A stretch of DNA of 64,000 nucleotides from Patescibacteria group bacterium (GTDB lineage: Bacteria; Patescibacteriota; Minisyncoccia; Phycocordibacterales; SBAW01), in contig JAIEMM010000002.1 in assembly GCA_019752125.1 (NCBI GenBank), positions 3,062-67,061 of the forward strand, in the 5' to 3' direction. Within the stretch, counting starts at the first letter, position 1. Every line of letters starts with the position of its first letter. A model generated the notes under the pieces. The model was not told where the DNA came from, did not search any database, and saw only the letters and a program-made list of their open reading frames with translations. Below are positions 52,330 to 61,815 of the stretch, piece after piece. A program made the position numbers and the translations under genes.

Positions 52330-53481
52330 ATGGTAGTTTCCCAGCATATGACAGACACACATGCAGCAGATCAGCACACTGGGCATGAAGGCACAGTTTC
52401 ATTTAAAGACCGTGTACTCCGTGCGGTCGCTATTCTAGGCCTTATTGCCCTACTCCTCTTGGGTGCCTGGGGTATTATCCAAATCGCATTTACGTTGTAT
52501 GGGTTCCTTGGCAACACTGCTCCCACATCTCCAGCAACCGTCACTACAAAAACTGAGCAGATGGTTGTAACAGTTCCTGGAAACACCCAGTCTGGTACAC
52601 CATTCACTCTTTCATTCACTCACCTGTCTGCGCAGGCAGGCCAAAACGCATCAGGAAACTACGCGTATCAATTCTCATACTCGTGTGCAGATGGACTAAG
52701 CGTACAGGCGCCTCTTCCAACCGGTGGCACTCAGACAGTTGCATGCAACACTCCGTTTAACTACACAGGTGCATCCTCACAGGTTCAGCTCATCGCAACA
52801 CTAAGTGGATCCGCACCAGTAACCACCACCTTCACAGTTGCTGCAAAAAACTTGGCAACAGGTGCAATTACCGCAAATGCGAATGCAAATACTACAGTGA
52901 AGCCTATGCAGAAAGCGGCGACCCCTGCTGTGTCAAAACCCTCAACATCAAAACCAGGCACAACATACGTTCCTGCAAAAACTACAGCACGGACTTTGTA
53001 TGGCTCACCTGACCTTGCAGTAACGATGGGCAGCATCACAAACTCAGGAGGTCTCTACTCGGCACAGTTCACAGTCCAGAACGTCGGCACCAATGTCGCA
53101 CCATACGGATGGACGTTTAACGCGGCGCTTCCAACATCGCCTGTATATACATACCCATCAAACCCACAGCAAGCACTTAACCCTGGCGACAAGATCGTCT
53201 ACACATTGAGCTTCACCAAAGGACAGGCCGTGTACTCATACGGCGCGTCGTACGGATACGGAAATACTTCATACCAATATCCTTCTAACTGCGGCTACAC
53301 CGCCAACTACACATACAACGGCGTGTACAACTACCCTGGTGCTTCGTACACATGCAATATGAATAACTACTACAACGGTTACAACTACGGCACGAGCTAC
53401 GTAACTGTTACAGTTGATCCAAACAACTACGTATACGAAAGCTCAGAAGCCAACAACAGCGCGACTGCGACTGTGTACTAA
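52330..53481 (+). CDS. membrane-anchored CARDB-domain surface protein
   Basis: N-terminal TM, Thr/Ala-rich stalk, and a CARDB-like domain (PDLAVTMGSITNSGG...VQNVGTNVA...[24 protein letters not shown]). Confidence 0.55.
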   Translation: MVVSQHMTDTHAADQHTGHEGTVSFKDRVLRAVAILGLIALLLLGAWGIIQIAFTLYGFLGNTAPTSPATVTTKTEQMVVTVPGNTQSGTPFTLSFTHLSAQAGQNASGNYAYQFSYSCADGLSVQAPLPTGGTQTVACNTPFNYTGASSQVQLIATLSGSAPVTTTFTVAAKNLATGAITANANANTTVKPMQKAATPAVSKPSTSKPGTTYVPAKTTARTLYGSPDLAVTMGSITNSGGLYSAQFTVQNVGTNVAPYGWTFNAALPTSPVYTYPSNPQQALNPGDKIVYTLSFTKGQAVYSYGASYGYGNTSYQYPSNCGYTANYTYNGVYNYPGASYTCNMNNYYNGYNYGTSYVTVTVDPNNYVYESSEANNSATATVY

Positions 53482-55601
53482 ATATCGAGGTTTGCGTTGC
53501 GTGCGTTCGACTGGATGAATGACTTGCGCGACGGCACGTCCTCGCCCATCAAGATATCGAAAATGCGGTCTGCGTCTGCCGCGTCATCAACATTCACTTG
53601 CTTCAAGACGCGGTTTGCAGGGTTCATTGTTGTCTCCCAAAGTTCCTCTGGGTTCATTTCTCCAAGACCTTTGTAGCGTTGGATGCGGATCTTGTTCGAG
53701 CGTTTGCTGTTTGTCTCCGCAGGACTCTCTGCGTCGGTCTTCGGCTCCGCAGCCGAGTCCTGCTCCGACACTTCACCGGTGGTTACTTCATCATCACCTT
53801 CTGTCTCCACCTCCTCATTTCCTATGAGTTTATTTTTCTCTTCGTCAGAATAGACATAGTTCACCTGCTTTCCCTTCTGAATCTTGTATAGAGGCGGTTG
53901 TGCGATATATACAAAACCACCATCAACAATTGGGCGGAAATGGCGGAAGAGCAACGTCAAAAGAAGCGTGCGGATGTGTGCGCCGTCCACGTCGGCATCG
54001 GTTGCGATAATGATCTTGTGGTAGCGAAGTTTGCTGATATCGAAAGTTTCGCCAATAGCTGTACCAAGAGCCACAACCAAGTTTTTGATCTGTTCTGAGC
54101 CAAGCATCTTGTCGAGGCGTGCACGTTCAACGTTCAAGATTTTTCCGCGAAGCGGGAGAATAGCCTGCGTGCGGCGGTCGCGACCCATCTTTGCCGAGCC
54201 ACCTGCCGAGTCTCCTTCCACCACGAAGAGTTCTGATTCTGAAGCATCTTTGCTTTGGCAGTCTGCGAGCTTACCTGGCAGCGTCATGCCTTCAAGTGCA
54301 CCCTTGCGGAGCACTGAATCTTTTGCAGCCTTAGCAGCTTTGCGGGCCTTAAGAGCAAGAATAGATTTCTGCAAGATAGCGCGCGCATCGTCTGGATTTT
54401 CTTCCAAGAATTCGCTAAATGCATCTGCAAAGATATTTGCAACTGCACTCTGCGCTTCAACGCTGCCGAGCTTGCCCTTTGTCTGGCCTTCGAACTGAAT
54501 TTCGCGGAGCTTTACAGAAACCACTGCAGTAAGACCTTCAAGCACGTCATCACCTGTGAGGTTTTCCTCGCTTTCTTTCAATACATTATTTTTGCGGCCG
54601 TAGGCGTTGAGCGTACGTGTAAGCGCAGTCTTAAAGCCCGTGATATGTGTACCGCCTTCTGAGTTGTAGATGTTGTTCGCAAACGGGAATACGCGCGACG
54701 ACATGTCGTCTGCATACTGGAGGGCAATTTCAACAGCCACACTGTCTTCTTCTTTGCCACCTGCTGGAGTGTATTCCTTTTCAATATAGAAAATATTTTT
54801 GTGAACTGGCTTTTGGTAGCGGTTGTAGAACGAGATAAGCGAGCGCAACCCACCTTCAAAGTAAAAGGTTTGTGATGGGCAGTCGCCGAGCTCGTCTCGG
54901 ATAAACAATGCTTCACCTGGTTTTGGCAATTTTGCTTCGCTCTTTCGTGCATCAATGATGGTGATGCGGAGGCCCTTAACCAAGTACGCCTGTTCACGGA
55001 GGTGAGAGACGATTTTGTCGAAGTTGTATTCGATCCCAGCTGTAAAGATTGAAGGGTCTGCCTGGTATGCAGTAACTGTGCCGTGCAATTTTGATGAGCC
55101 GAGTCTTTTTACTGGAGCCTTTCTCTTGCCGAGCGCATACTCCTGCATGTGTACGCCGCCATCGCGGTGAACTTCTGCACGGAGGTAGGTTGAGAGTGCG
55201 TTAACTACCGATGCGCCCACGCCGTGGAGACCGCCAGATACTTTGTAGCCTTCGCCGCCGAATTTACCGCCGGCGTGAAGAGTCGACATGATAGTTTCAA
55301 GAGCTGAAACTTTTGTTGTCTTGTGAACGTCAACAGGAATACCGCGACCGTTATCGGCAACGCGGATAAACGGAGCTTCATCTTTTCCGCCCGGCAAGAT
55401 AACGACCTCAATGTCGTTAGCAAAACCACCCATGGCTTCGTCGCGTGAGTTGTCGAAGATTTCCCAGATAAGGTGGTGGAGACCATCGGGACCAGTGGTA
55501 CCGATGTACATGCCGGGACGGCGGCGTACTGCTTCCAACCCTTCAAGAACTGTAATCGACGATGCGTCGTAATTTGTTTTTTTAGTTTTATCAGCAGCCA
55601 T
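53478..55601 (-). CDS. gyrB: DNA gyrase subunit B
   Basis: GHKL ATPase ([18 protein letters not shown]), TOPRIM (EGDSAGGS) and C-terminal [20 protein letters not shown]. Acidic insertion near the C-terminus, encoded by nested palindromes at 53719-53763. Confidence 0.9.
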   Translation of the reverse strand: MAADKTKKTNYDASSITVLEGLEAVRRRPGMYIGTTGPDGLHHLIWEIFDNSRDEAMGGFANDIEVVILPGGKDEAPFIRVADNGRGIPVDVHKTTKVSALETIMSTLHAGGKFGGEGYKVSGGLHGVGASVVNALSTYLRAEVHRDGGVHMQEYALGKRKAPVKRLGSSKLHGTVTAYQADPSIFTAGIEYNFDKIVSHLREQAYLVKGLRITIIDARKSEAKLPKPGEALFIRDELGDCPSQTFYFEGGLRSLISFYNRYQKPVHKNIFYIEKEYTPAGGKEEDSVAVEIALQYADDMSSRVFPFANNIYNSEGGTHITGFKTALTRTLNAYGRKNNVLKESEENLTGDDVLEGLTAVVSVKLREIQFEGQTKGKLGSVEAQSAVANIFADAFSEFLEENPDDARAILQKSILALKARKAAKAAKDSVLRKGALEGMTLPGKLADCQSKDASESELFVVEGDSAGGSAKMGRDRRTQAILPLRGKILNVERARLDKMLGSEQIKNLVVALGTAIGETFDISKLRYHKIIIATDADVDGAHIRTLLLTLLFRHFRPIVDGGFVYIAQPPLYKIQKGKQVNYVYSDEEKNKLIGNEEVETEGDDEVTTGEVSEQDSAAEPKTDAESPAETNSKRSNKIRIQRYKGLGEMNPEELWETTMNPANRVLKQVNVDDAADADRIFDILMGEDVPSRKSFIQSNARNANLDI
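53719..53763. repeat. nested inverted repeats in-frame in gyrB
   Basis: gcaggactc...gagtcctgc enclosing ctgcg...cgcag. Encodes part of the [20 protein letters not shown] insertion. Confidence 0.5.
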
Positions 55602-55694
55602 ATAAAAACAAAATCCCCGATTGGGCTATGCCTTTAGTATAGCAGAAAAGTGCTTGTGTTGAAAGGTAAAATGTTAAAAATCATCCTTAAAATA

Positions 55695-55722
55695 CTTGAC
55701 AAAATTACTGTTTGTACTATTA
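55695..55722 (+). promoter_or_regulatory. consensus sigma70 promoter for the GC-rich membrane ORF
   Basis: TTGACA (55695-55700), 16-nt spacer, TATTAT (55717-55722). SD aggag lies 6 nt before ATG 55793. Confidence 0.5.
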
Positions 55723-55792
55723 TCTCTTCCAGTTGTTTTGGTGCACCCGCACCGACCGTATTCCAGCGGATATTCTGGATAGGAGTCAGACA

Positions 55793-56092
55793 ATGCCTGT
55801 ACCGATACCTTTCCTGGGCGAGAAAAGCTTGCGAGCAAAGCGCGAGGAAATGGCCTTCAAGTGGCTCGCCATCGGCCTGTCGCTGCTCGTCGCAATCATC
55901 TTCCACTTCATGGTGGCCCAGCACTCGCCCCTGGACGACGTCCTGATCTACTTCTTCATGATGACGCTCTGCTACTTCGGCCGCGTTCTCCTGGAGGAGC
56001 ATCTGAAGCGTCGCGGGCACTTCTGCGCCGACGTCGCCATCCTCCTGAACCGGAGGCTGAACCTGTGGTTTAGCTGGCATCTGCCAGCGTGA
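55793..56092 (+). CDS. 99-aa GC-rich two-TM membrane protein
   Basis: About 62% GC ORF bracketed by the AT-rich promoter and a terminator (cgcccccgc...gcggggg plus T-run, 56107-56152). Confidence 0.4.
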   Translation: MPVPIPFLGEKSLRAKREEMAFKWLAIGLSLLVAIIFHFMVAQHSPLDDVLIYFFMMTLCYFGRVLLEEHLKRRGHFCADVAILLNRRLNLWFSWHLPA

Positions 56093-56147
56093 ACCGCCGT
56101 CCCCACTCGCCCCCGCAACCGAAAGGAAGCGGGGGTAAACTTTTTAT

Positions 56148-58025
56148 TTATCGGATTTCGAAGCCTTTTGCTTTTAGTGCCGAGTACACCTTTTCCATGG
56201 CAGTATTTGCTTCAGAATCTTCAAGGGTTTTGTCGAATGACTGGAAAATCAAGCGGAATGCGAGTGAAGTTTTGTCAGCTTTTTGGAAGCGGTCGAAGAG
56301 ACGAACGCTTTGAAGCATTCCGCCAGCTGGCGGATCCCCTGCTTCTTCCTCAATCATTTCTACGACCGCATTTTCATCAGTCCCCTCTGGAATCCAAAAG
56401 GCTACATCGCGAATAATGTACGGATATTTAGAAAATGGTTTGTATTGCTGTGCCCCAGAGATTGGGTAGCTTTCGTACTGACCAGGCACAGCCTCTGGCG
56501 CGTGCATCTCAAGCGGCTCTTCAACAGCCGGTTCTTTTTCTGTGACGATTCCGACCATCATTGCCTCCTTTCCGTCTTTCCAGACTGTTCCGATCTCAAA
56601 CAATTTTATTTCTTTGAGTCCAAGCAAATCTTTATTAGGGATATTTTTCTTAAGTGCATCGTTCAATCCCGAAATAAGGCTGGTGCGAAGATATGGTTTT
56701 ACTCCATCAACTTTGTTAAGTACTGTTCGCTCGCCTGTTTCCGCAAAGACACTGGTAAAGACTTCGGAGTAGCCCCCTGCCATCAATTCCTCACGCACTT
56801 TTTCTGCCACATAGAAGCCAACATTAACTTCCGGCTGTTTTGAAAATGGCGGAAGTTCTACTGGCAGGACTTTGTCGTAGCCAATGATGCGGCCAACTTC
56901 TTCAACAAGATCTTCTGCGATTACGAGGTCCAGGCGTTCAAATGGAGGTTGTACTTCAAATACTCCATCTTGTTCTTTATACGGGAGGCCCAAACGTTGA
57001 AATACATCGGCGATATCTGCACCGGTGAGAGATGTGCCAAGAATTTTATTTACTTGTTCGACCGTTACTGAAACGTATGTTTTCTGCTGAGGCGCTGGAT
57101 ACACATCAACCACTGAGACTACCTCCCCACCCATATTCATATCCGGACGCTGCATCAATTCGATCATTCCATTAATGCCGTGCATGCAAAGCTCCGGAGA
57201 AATAACCTGCTCAAAGCGCGACGACGCGTCGGTGCGCAGCTTGAGAGCTGCTGCGGTTTTGCGTGTTGTAACACCATCAAAGTTTGCTGACTCAACAATG
57301 ATATCTACGGTGTCCGTAGAAATACCTGACGGCATGCCACCTTTTACTCCAGCCAGACCTATAACCTCATTTGAGTCAGTAATAACAAGCATTGATTCTT
57401 TTAGATCATATTCTTTGCCATCAAGCGCAAGCATTTTTTCACCATTTTTCGCAGCACGAACCTCGATGGCGTAGCAAGGTCCGACCTTGCCGTCGCCTGA
57501 CAAGGTCGGACCTTGCCCAAGCTTCCTTGCATCGAAGGCATGAAGTGGCTGGCCGGTGTTAAACATGACAAAGTTTGTTGCATCTACAACGTTGTTGATA
57601 GAGCGCTGTCCTATTGCTTCCAGTCTTTCTTGCAGCCATTTTGGTGAAGGTCCGACCTTCACACCCTTAATGTGTGCAGCAATATAGCGTTTGCAGAGTG
57701 GCGTATTTAGAGCGACGGAAACAGTTGCTTCTCGAACGTCCCCTTGCTGGCCTGCAGCGAGAGAAGCAACTGTTTCCGAAGCGACAAAGGGATCGTGAGC
57801 GAAAGGTGTTTTTAAAATAGCTGAAAGCTCTTTTGCAATACCACGATGCGACAAACAATCGTGCCCACGGTTTGCTGTGATTTTTACATCAAGCACCTCA
57901 TCCCCACCTACTGTATCTACGCCATCTATTTCAAACGCATGAAATGTCAAAGCATCGGAAAGAGCTTCTGCCTTTGGCAGAGGAGCATCAAAGAATTTAT
58001 CGAGCCAGAGTTTTGAGACTTTCAT
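56148..58025 (-). CDS. pheT: phenylalanyl-tRNA synthetase beta subunit (short; lacks the N-terminal tRNA-binding domain)
   Basis: B3/B4 and B5 regions (ITANRGHDCLSHRGIAKEL, FDARKLGQGP). Contains two in-frame GGTCCGACC-family elements, at 57474-57516 and 57644-57662. Confidence 0.85.
   Translation of the reverse strand: MKVSKLWLDKFFDAPLPKAEALSDALTFHAFEIDGVDTVGGDEVLDVKITANRGHDCLSHRGIAKELSAILKTPFAHDPFVASETVASLAAGQQGDVREATVSVALNTPLCKRYIAAHIKGVKVGPSPKWLQERLEAIGQRSINNVVDATNFVMFNTGQPLHAFDARKLGQGPTLSGDGKVGPCYAIEVRAAKNGEKMLALDGKEYDLKESMLVITDSNEVIGLAGVKGGMPSGISTDTVDIIVESANFDGVTTRKTAAALKLRTDASSRFEQVISPELCMHGINGMIELMQRPDMNMGGEVVSVVDVYPAPQQKTYVSVTVEQVNKILGTSLTGADIADVFQRLGLPYKEQDGVFEVQPPFERLDLVIAEDLVEEVGRIIGYDKVLPVELPPFSKQPEVNVGFYVAEKVREELMAGGYSEVFTSVFAETGERTVLNKVDGVKPYLRTSLISGLNDALKKNIPNKDLLGLKEIKLFEIGTVWKDGKEAMMVGIVTEKEPAVEEPLEMHAPEAVPGQYESYPISGAQQYKPFSKYPYIIRDVAFWIPEGTDENAVVEMIEEEAGDPPAGGMLQSVRLFDRFQKADKTSLAFRLIFQSFDKTLEDSEANTAMEKVYSALKAKGFEIR
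57474..57516. repeat. GGTCCGACC-family palindromic element (in-frame in pheT)
   Basis: gcaaggtccgaccttg-(11 nt)-caaggtcggaccttgc. Encodes LGQGPTLSGDGKVGP. A smaller related palindrome, gtgaaggtccgaccttcac, lies at 57644-57662. Confidence 0.65.
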
Positions 58026-58027
58026 AA

Positions 58028-58792
58028 TTAGAATTGGTTGATGAAGCGGAGATCAGCTGAATGCATAAGTCGGATATCATCAATTGCCCAGCGGACGATT
58101 GCAAGACGGTCGAGGCCCATACCGAAGGCAAACCCACGATATTTTTGAGGGTCGAGGCCTGCGTTCTTGATTACATTCGGGTGCACCATGCCAGCGCCCA
58201 TCATTTCTATCCAACGGTCACGAAGTTTTTCCGGCGCAGTCTCGCCCACCAAACGCATATCAACTTCTACTGACGGTTCTGTAAACGGAAAGAAGCTTGG
58301 ACGAAAACGAACTTCAACATTTACACCTTTGAACAATTCTTTGAAGAAGCGCTCGAGTGTTCCCTTCAAGTTAGCGAGTGTGACATCTTCGCCAACAGCC
58401 AATCCTTCAATCTGAAAGAATTCTGCTTCGTGTGTCATGTCTGTTGCTTCGTTGCGGAAAACTTTTCCCGGCACGATGACGCGATACGGCGGCTGAATAC
58501 CTTTTTTAAGCTGTTCTTCCATGTAGCGAACCTGCACAGGCGAGGTGTGCGTGCGCATAACTGTCTCCGGCTCATCCTTCATGAAAAAGGTGTCTTGCAT
58601 GTCGCGAGCAGGGTGGTCTTTGGGCACATTAAGTGCATCAAAGTTGTACCATTCGCTTTCAACAAGCGGACCTGAGGCAAAGGCGAAACCCATCTCGGAG
58701 AAAATAGCGTTCGCCTCGCGGATAAGTGAAGAAATCGGGTGCATGTGCCCGCGCATTTCAGCCTTATTTTCAGGGTTTAATTCGCTTTTCAT
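58028..58792 (-). CDS. pheS: phenylalanyl-tRNA synthetase alpha subunit (catalytic core)
   Basis: HPISSLIREANAIFSEMGF, FRPSFFPFTEPSVEVD and C-terminal motif 3. Start taken at MKSELNPE. Confidence 0.85.
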   Translation of the reverse strand: MKSELNPENKAEMRGHMHPISSLIREANAIFSEMGFAFASGPLVESEWYNFDALNVPKDHPARDMQDTFFMKDEPETVMRTHTSPVQVRYMEEQLKKGIQPPYRVIVPGKVFRNEATDMTHEAEFFQIEGLAVGEDVTLANLKGTLERFFKELFKGVNVEVRFRPSFFPFTEPSVEVDMRLVGETAPEKLRDRWIEMMGAGMVHPNVIKNAGLDPQKYRGFAFGMGLDRLAIVRWAIDDIRLMHSADLRFINQF

Positions 58793-58821
58793 ACGGCTCA
58801 GTATACCGTATACTCTCAGAT

Positions 58822-60066
58822 ATGGATATTGGTACATCGGGCATTTACCTATGCCTGTTCCTCGCCGTCTATTTTGAGGTTTTTCTGCTTATCTCCTTCT
58901 TCGAAAAGCGCCCCACCAAGAAAACAAAGGCCTTGCCAGACCACTACCCAAGTGTGGCTATTTTGGTTCCCTGCTGGAACAAGGGCGACACCCTCGCTCC
59001 GACCATCCATTCTCTCCTTGCGATGGACTACCCGAAAGACAAACTCCAGATTGTCATCATCGACGACGGATCAACCGACAATACATTTGAGGCCGCACAG
59101 CAATTTGCGCACAATCCTCAAGTCTCAATCTTTCAAAAAGAAAACGAGGGTAGTAAATACTCGGCACTTAACTTCGGCCTTGAACATTCACAGAGCGACT
59201 TGGTCGGCTGCCTCGACGCCGACTCCTTCGTAGAAAAAGACGCACTCATTGAAATGGTGAAGGCCTTCAATGAAGATCCGACAATAATGGCAGCGGCGCC
59301 AGCAATGAAGGTCAATCGTCCAAAAAATTTCCTCGAACTTATGCAGTCGGTTGAATATACCTTTGGTATTTTCTATAAGAAAATGTTCGACAACATCAAC
59401 GCAATCTCCGTTCTTCCAGGACCTTTCTCAATTTACCGCCGCTCATTGTTTGCAATAGTCGGACCATTCCGCAAAGCACACCACACAGAAGATATGGAGA
59501 TGGCATTTCGCATACACGTAAATGGCCTCAAAATTGTGAACGTCCATACAGCCTTTGTTCATACCAATGTTCCTAAAACTGTTGGCGCACTTATCCGTCA
59601 ACGCACACGCTGGTCCCGTGGCTTTTTGGAGAACTCTCGCGATTACTCGTACGTGTACTTCAATAAAAAATATGGGAACTTCGGTATGTTGGCGCTGCCG
59701 CTTGGCCTTGCTGGGTTCGCAGCCGGCCTCTACACAGCAGGCTTCGCAGCGTGGCGCCTAAGCTCATACGTAGTTACCAAGGCATACAGTCTCTGGCTAA
59801 CACATGTGCCAATCTCCCTTTCACTTCCCCACCATCAGCCACAGTGGCTCTATATCATCGACACAAGCATGCTTTCTTTCCTCATTGTCTTTACCCTCGG
59901 TATGACATTTACCGCAATATTCATAGGACAGCGCATCTCAGGTACAAAACTCACCCTCATCTCCTTTGTCTCGTATTTCCTCTTGTACGGATTTGTCGCA
60001 CCTTTCTGGCTTGCGCGTGCAGGCTGGGATACTGTATTGTCCAAGGAACGCGGATGGCTCACATAG
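58822..60066 (+). CDS. processive family-2 glycosyltransferase (PgaC/IcaA/HAS/cellulose-synthase-like)
   Basis: DxD (IVIIDDGSTDNT, DADS), QRTRWSRG (QxxRW) and multiple C-terminal TM helices. Confidence 0.7.
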   Translation: MDIGTSGIYLCLFLAVYFEVFLLISFFEKRPTKKTKALPDHYPSVAILVPCWNKGDTLAPTIHSLLAMDYPKDKLQIVIIDDGSTDNTFEAAQQFAHNPQVSIFQKENEGSKYSALNFGLEHSQSDLVGCLDADSFVEKDALIEMVKAFNEDPTIMAAAPAMKVNRPKNFLELMQSVEYTFGIFYKKMFDNINAISVLPGPFSIYRRSLFAIVGPFRKAHHTEDMEMAFRIHVNGLKIVNVHTAFVHTNVPKTVGALIRQRTRWSRGFLENSRDYSYVYFNKKYGNFGMLALPLGLAGFAAGLYTAGFAAWRLSSYVVTKAYSLWLTHVPISLSLPHHQPQWLYIIDTSMLSFLIVFTLGMTFTAIFIGQRISGTKLTLISFVSYFLLYGFVAPFWLARAGWDTVLSKERGWLT

Positions 60067-60092
60067 CCTCGTTTATATATTAAATAGATATA

Positions 60093-60761
60093 ATGGCCTG
60101 GAAAAAATACTTACTTGCATTGGTTGTAACAGCACTAATCTTTACCACCGCCTTTTATGCCGCGTGGCGCTTTAACCAAGCCCGTATAGCGGACATTGCT
60201 GCAACGGAGCAAAGCATTTCTATAGACATTCTTTCTTCAGAAACCCAGTTTGACTTGCTCGGCAATCTCGACTGCAAGACTATCGAAGAGAACGACATCT
60301 TGTCTGACGAACTTAATTCCCTTGCGTCACGCCTTTCTGTTGCAGAACAAAATCTCGGTTCAGACAACAAGCAGGTTATGTTGCTTAAAAAGCAGTACTC
60401 GTTGCTCGAGATTAAAGACTACGTGCTACTTGAGCAGATCTCTAAAAAATGTAATCTGAAACCAGTTTATATCCTCTACTTCTATTCAAACGCTGGTGAC
60501 TGCACACAATGTGGTGAAGCAGGCCAGGTGCTCACCTACCTCCGCCAAACCTACCCAGGCCTCCGTGTATATTCCTTCGACTACAACCTCGACCTCTCAG
60601 CACTTAAGACGCTCGAATCGCTCAATAAAGTACATGGGCCATTGCCAGCCTATATCATCAACGGCCGCGCTCCAATCTTCGGCTTTAAGCCACTAGACGA
60701 ACTACAGAAGATCATGCCGGAGCTTAAAACTCTCGCTACCTCAACAAAGCCCTCAAACTAG
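60093..60761 (+). CDS. membrane-anchored protein with CxxC motif (thioredoxin-like?)
   Basis: N-terminal TM, coiled region and a CTQCGEAG motif. Lies directly downstream of the GT2 gene. Confidence 0.35.
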   Translation: MAWKKYLLALVVTALIFTTAFYAAWRFNQARIADIAATEQSISIDILSSETQFDLLGNLDCKTIEENDILSDELNSLASRLSVAEQNLGSDNKQVMLLKKQYSLLEIKDYVLLEQISKKCNLKPVYILYFYSNAGDCTQCGEAGQVLTYLRQTYPGLRVYSFDYNLDLSALKTLESLNKVHGPLPAYIINGRAPIFGFKPLDELQKIMPELKTLATSTKPSN

Positions 60762-60783
60762 GACTCTGCTTTAAAAACTTTCT

Positions 60784-60859
60784 TGGAGCCGCCTCCCAGA
60801 TTTGAACTGGGGACCTTCTCTTTACAAAAGAGTTGCTCTACCAACTGAGCTAAGGCGGC
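60784..60859 (-). tRNA. tRNA-Thr (anticodon UGU), CCA encoded
   Basis: Manual fold: acceptor GCCGCCT/AGGCGGC; D-arm GCTC-AGTTGGTA-GAGC; anticodon loop TT-TGT-AA; T-arm CCCAG-TTCAAAT-CTGGG; discriminator T then CCA. Confidence 0.8.
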
Positions 60860-60884
60860 GTATGGAACTAAGACTGCGACTGAA

Positions 60885-61313
60885 CTATATTCCTGTGTTT
60901 TCTACTTCCTCTTGAACTTTACCTGACTCTTTATCTTGCACAAGTTGACGCTTGTGTTCAGCTATCTCACGCAAGAAGGCTGAGGCTTCCTTACTGCTAC
61001 GAGGTCGTTCTGTAACGCCGCGTAGGTTGGCAAGCACACGCTCAAGCCCTTGCTCAGCCCACAACAGCGAATACGCTGCGCCACGGTGTACGAGGACTCG
61101 CCCCTCGCTCACCCCACGTCGCGCAAGCTGAGTTATAAGGTGCGGCAGGACACGTTCGATCCACACAAGAACACGGTGGGATACCTGTGACACATGGGGA
61201 CGGACCCCAGCGAGCACCATATTACCTGTTCGCAACTCCCAGCGTTTTATCGCTAACAAAGAAACAAGCCCTACAATTGAAATGCCTAGCAATACGGTGA
61301 AAAAAAGCACCAT
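60885..61313 (-). CDS. hypothetical membrane-anchored protein
   Basis: 142 aa with an N-terminal TM followed by a helical Arg/Leu-rich region. GC about 55%. Confidence 0.35.
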   Translation of the reverse strand: MVLFFTVLLGISIVGLVSLLAIKRWELRTGNMVLAGVRPHVSQVSHRVLVWIERVLPHLITQLARRGVSEGRVLVHRGAAYSLLWAEQGLERVLANLRGVTERPRSSKEASAFLREIAEHKRQLVQDKESGKVQEEVENTGI

Positions 61314-61328
61314 ACGTTTAGTCTAGCA

Positions 61329-61784
61329 TTAGTGAACTGCAAGACAACTGATCTTGCTGACCTCTACACGCTCACCAAACTTCTGCGTTGCACCTGCAAG
61401 CAGCTCTGCAATAGTTTTTGAAGGATCCTTGATAAAGGTCTCAGAGACGAGAGCCTCTACCGACTCACTACGCATTGCTGCTACATGCATGGCAATATCG
61501 CGTGCGAGAGCTTCAAATTCTGGGTTCTTTGAAACGAAGTCGGTTTCCGAGCAAAGCACCACCATAGCGCCAACCTGGCCCGCATTGTGGATGTATGAGA
61601 CAACTGTACCCGCGGCAAGCTCGCGGTCTGACTTCTTTGCAACCATAGCTGCTGAGCGCGTCTTAAGGACCTCCATGGCCTTTTCCATATCGCCATCTGC
61701 CTCCGTAAGAGCTTTTTTGCATTCCATAACTGAAATGCCTGTTTTGTCGCGCAATTCTTTTACTGCTTCAGTGGTTATTTCCAT
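61329..61784 (-). CDS. tsf: elongation factor Ts (short form)
   Basis: AVKELRDKTGISVMECKKALTEADGDMEKAMEVL N-terminal UBA-like region. Confidence 0.75.
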   Translation of the reverse strand: MEITTEAVKELRDKTGISVMECKKALTEADGDMEKAMEVLKTRSAAMVAKKSDRELAAGTVVSYIHNAGQVGAMVVLCSETDFVSKNPEFEALARDIAMHVAAMRSESVEALVSETFIKDPSKTIAELLAGATQKFGERVEVSKISCLAVH

Positions 61785-61815
61785 AGAGAACAAGCTTATT
61801 TAGTAAAAACGTAAA

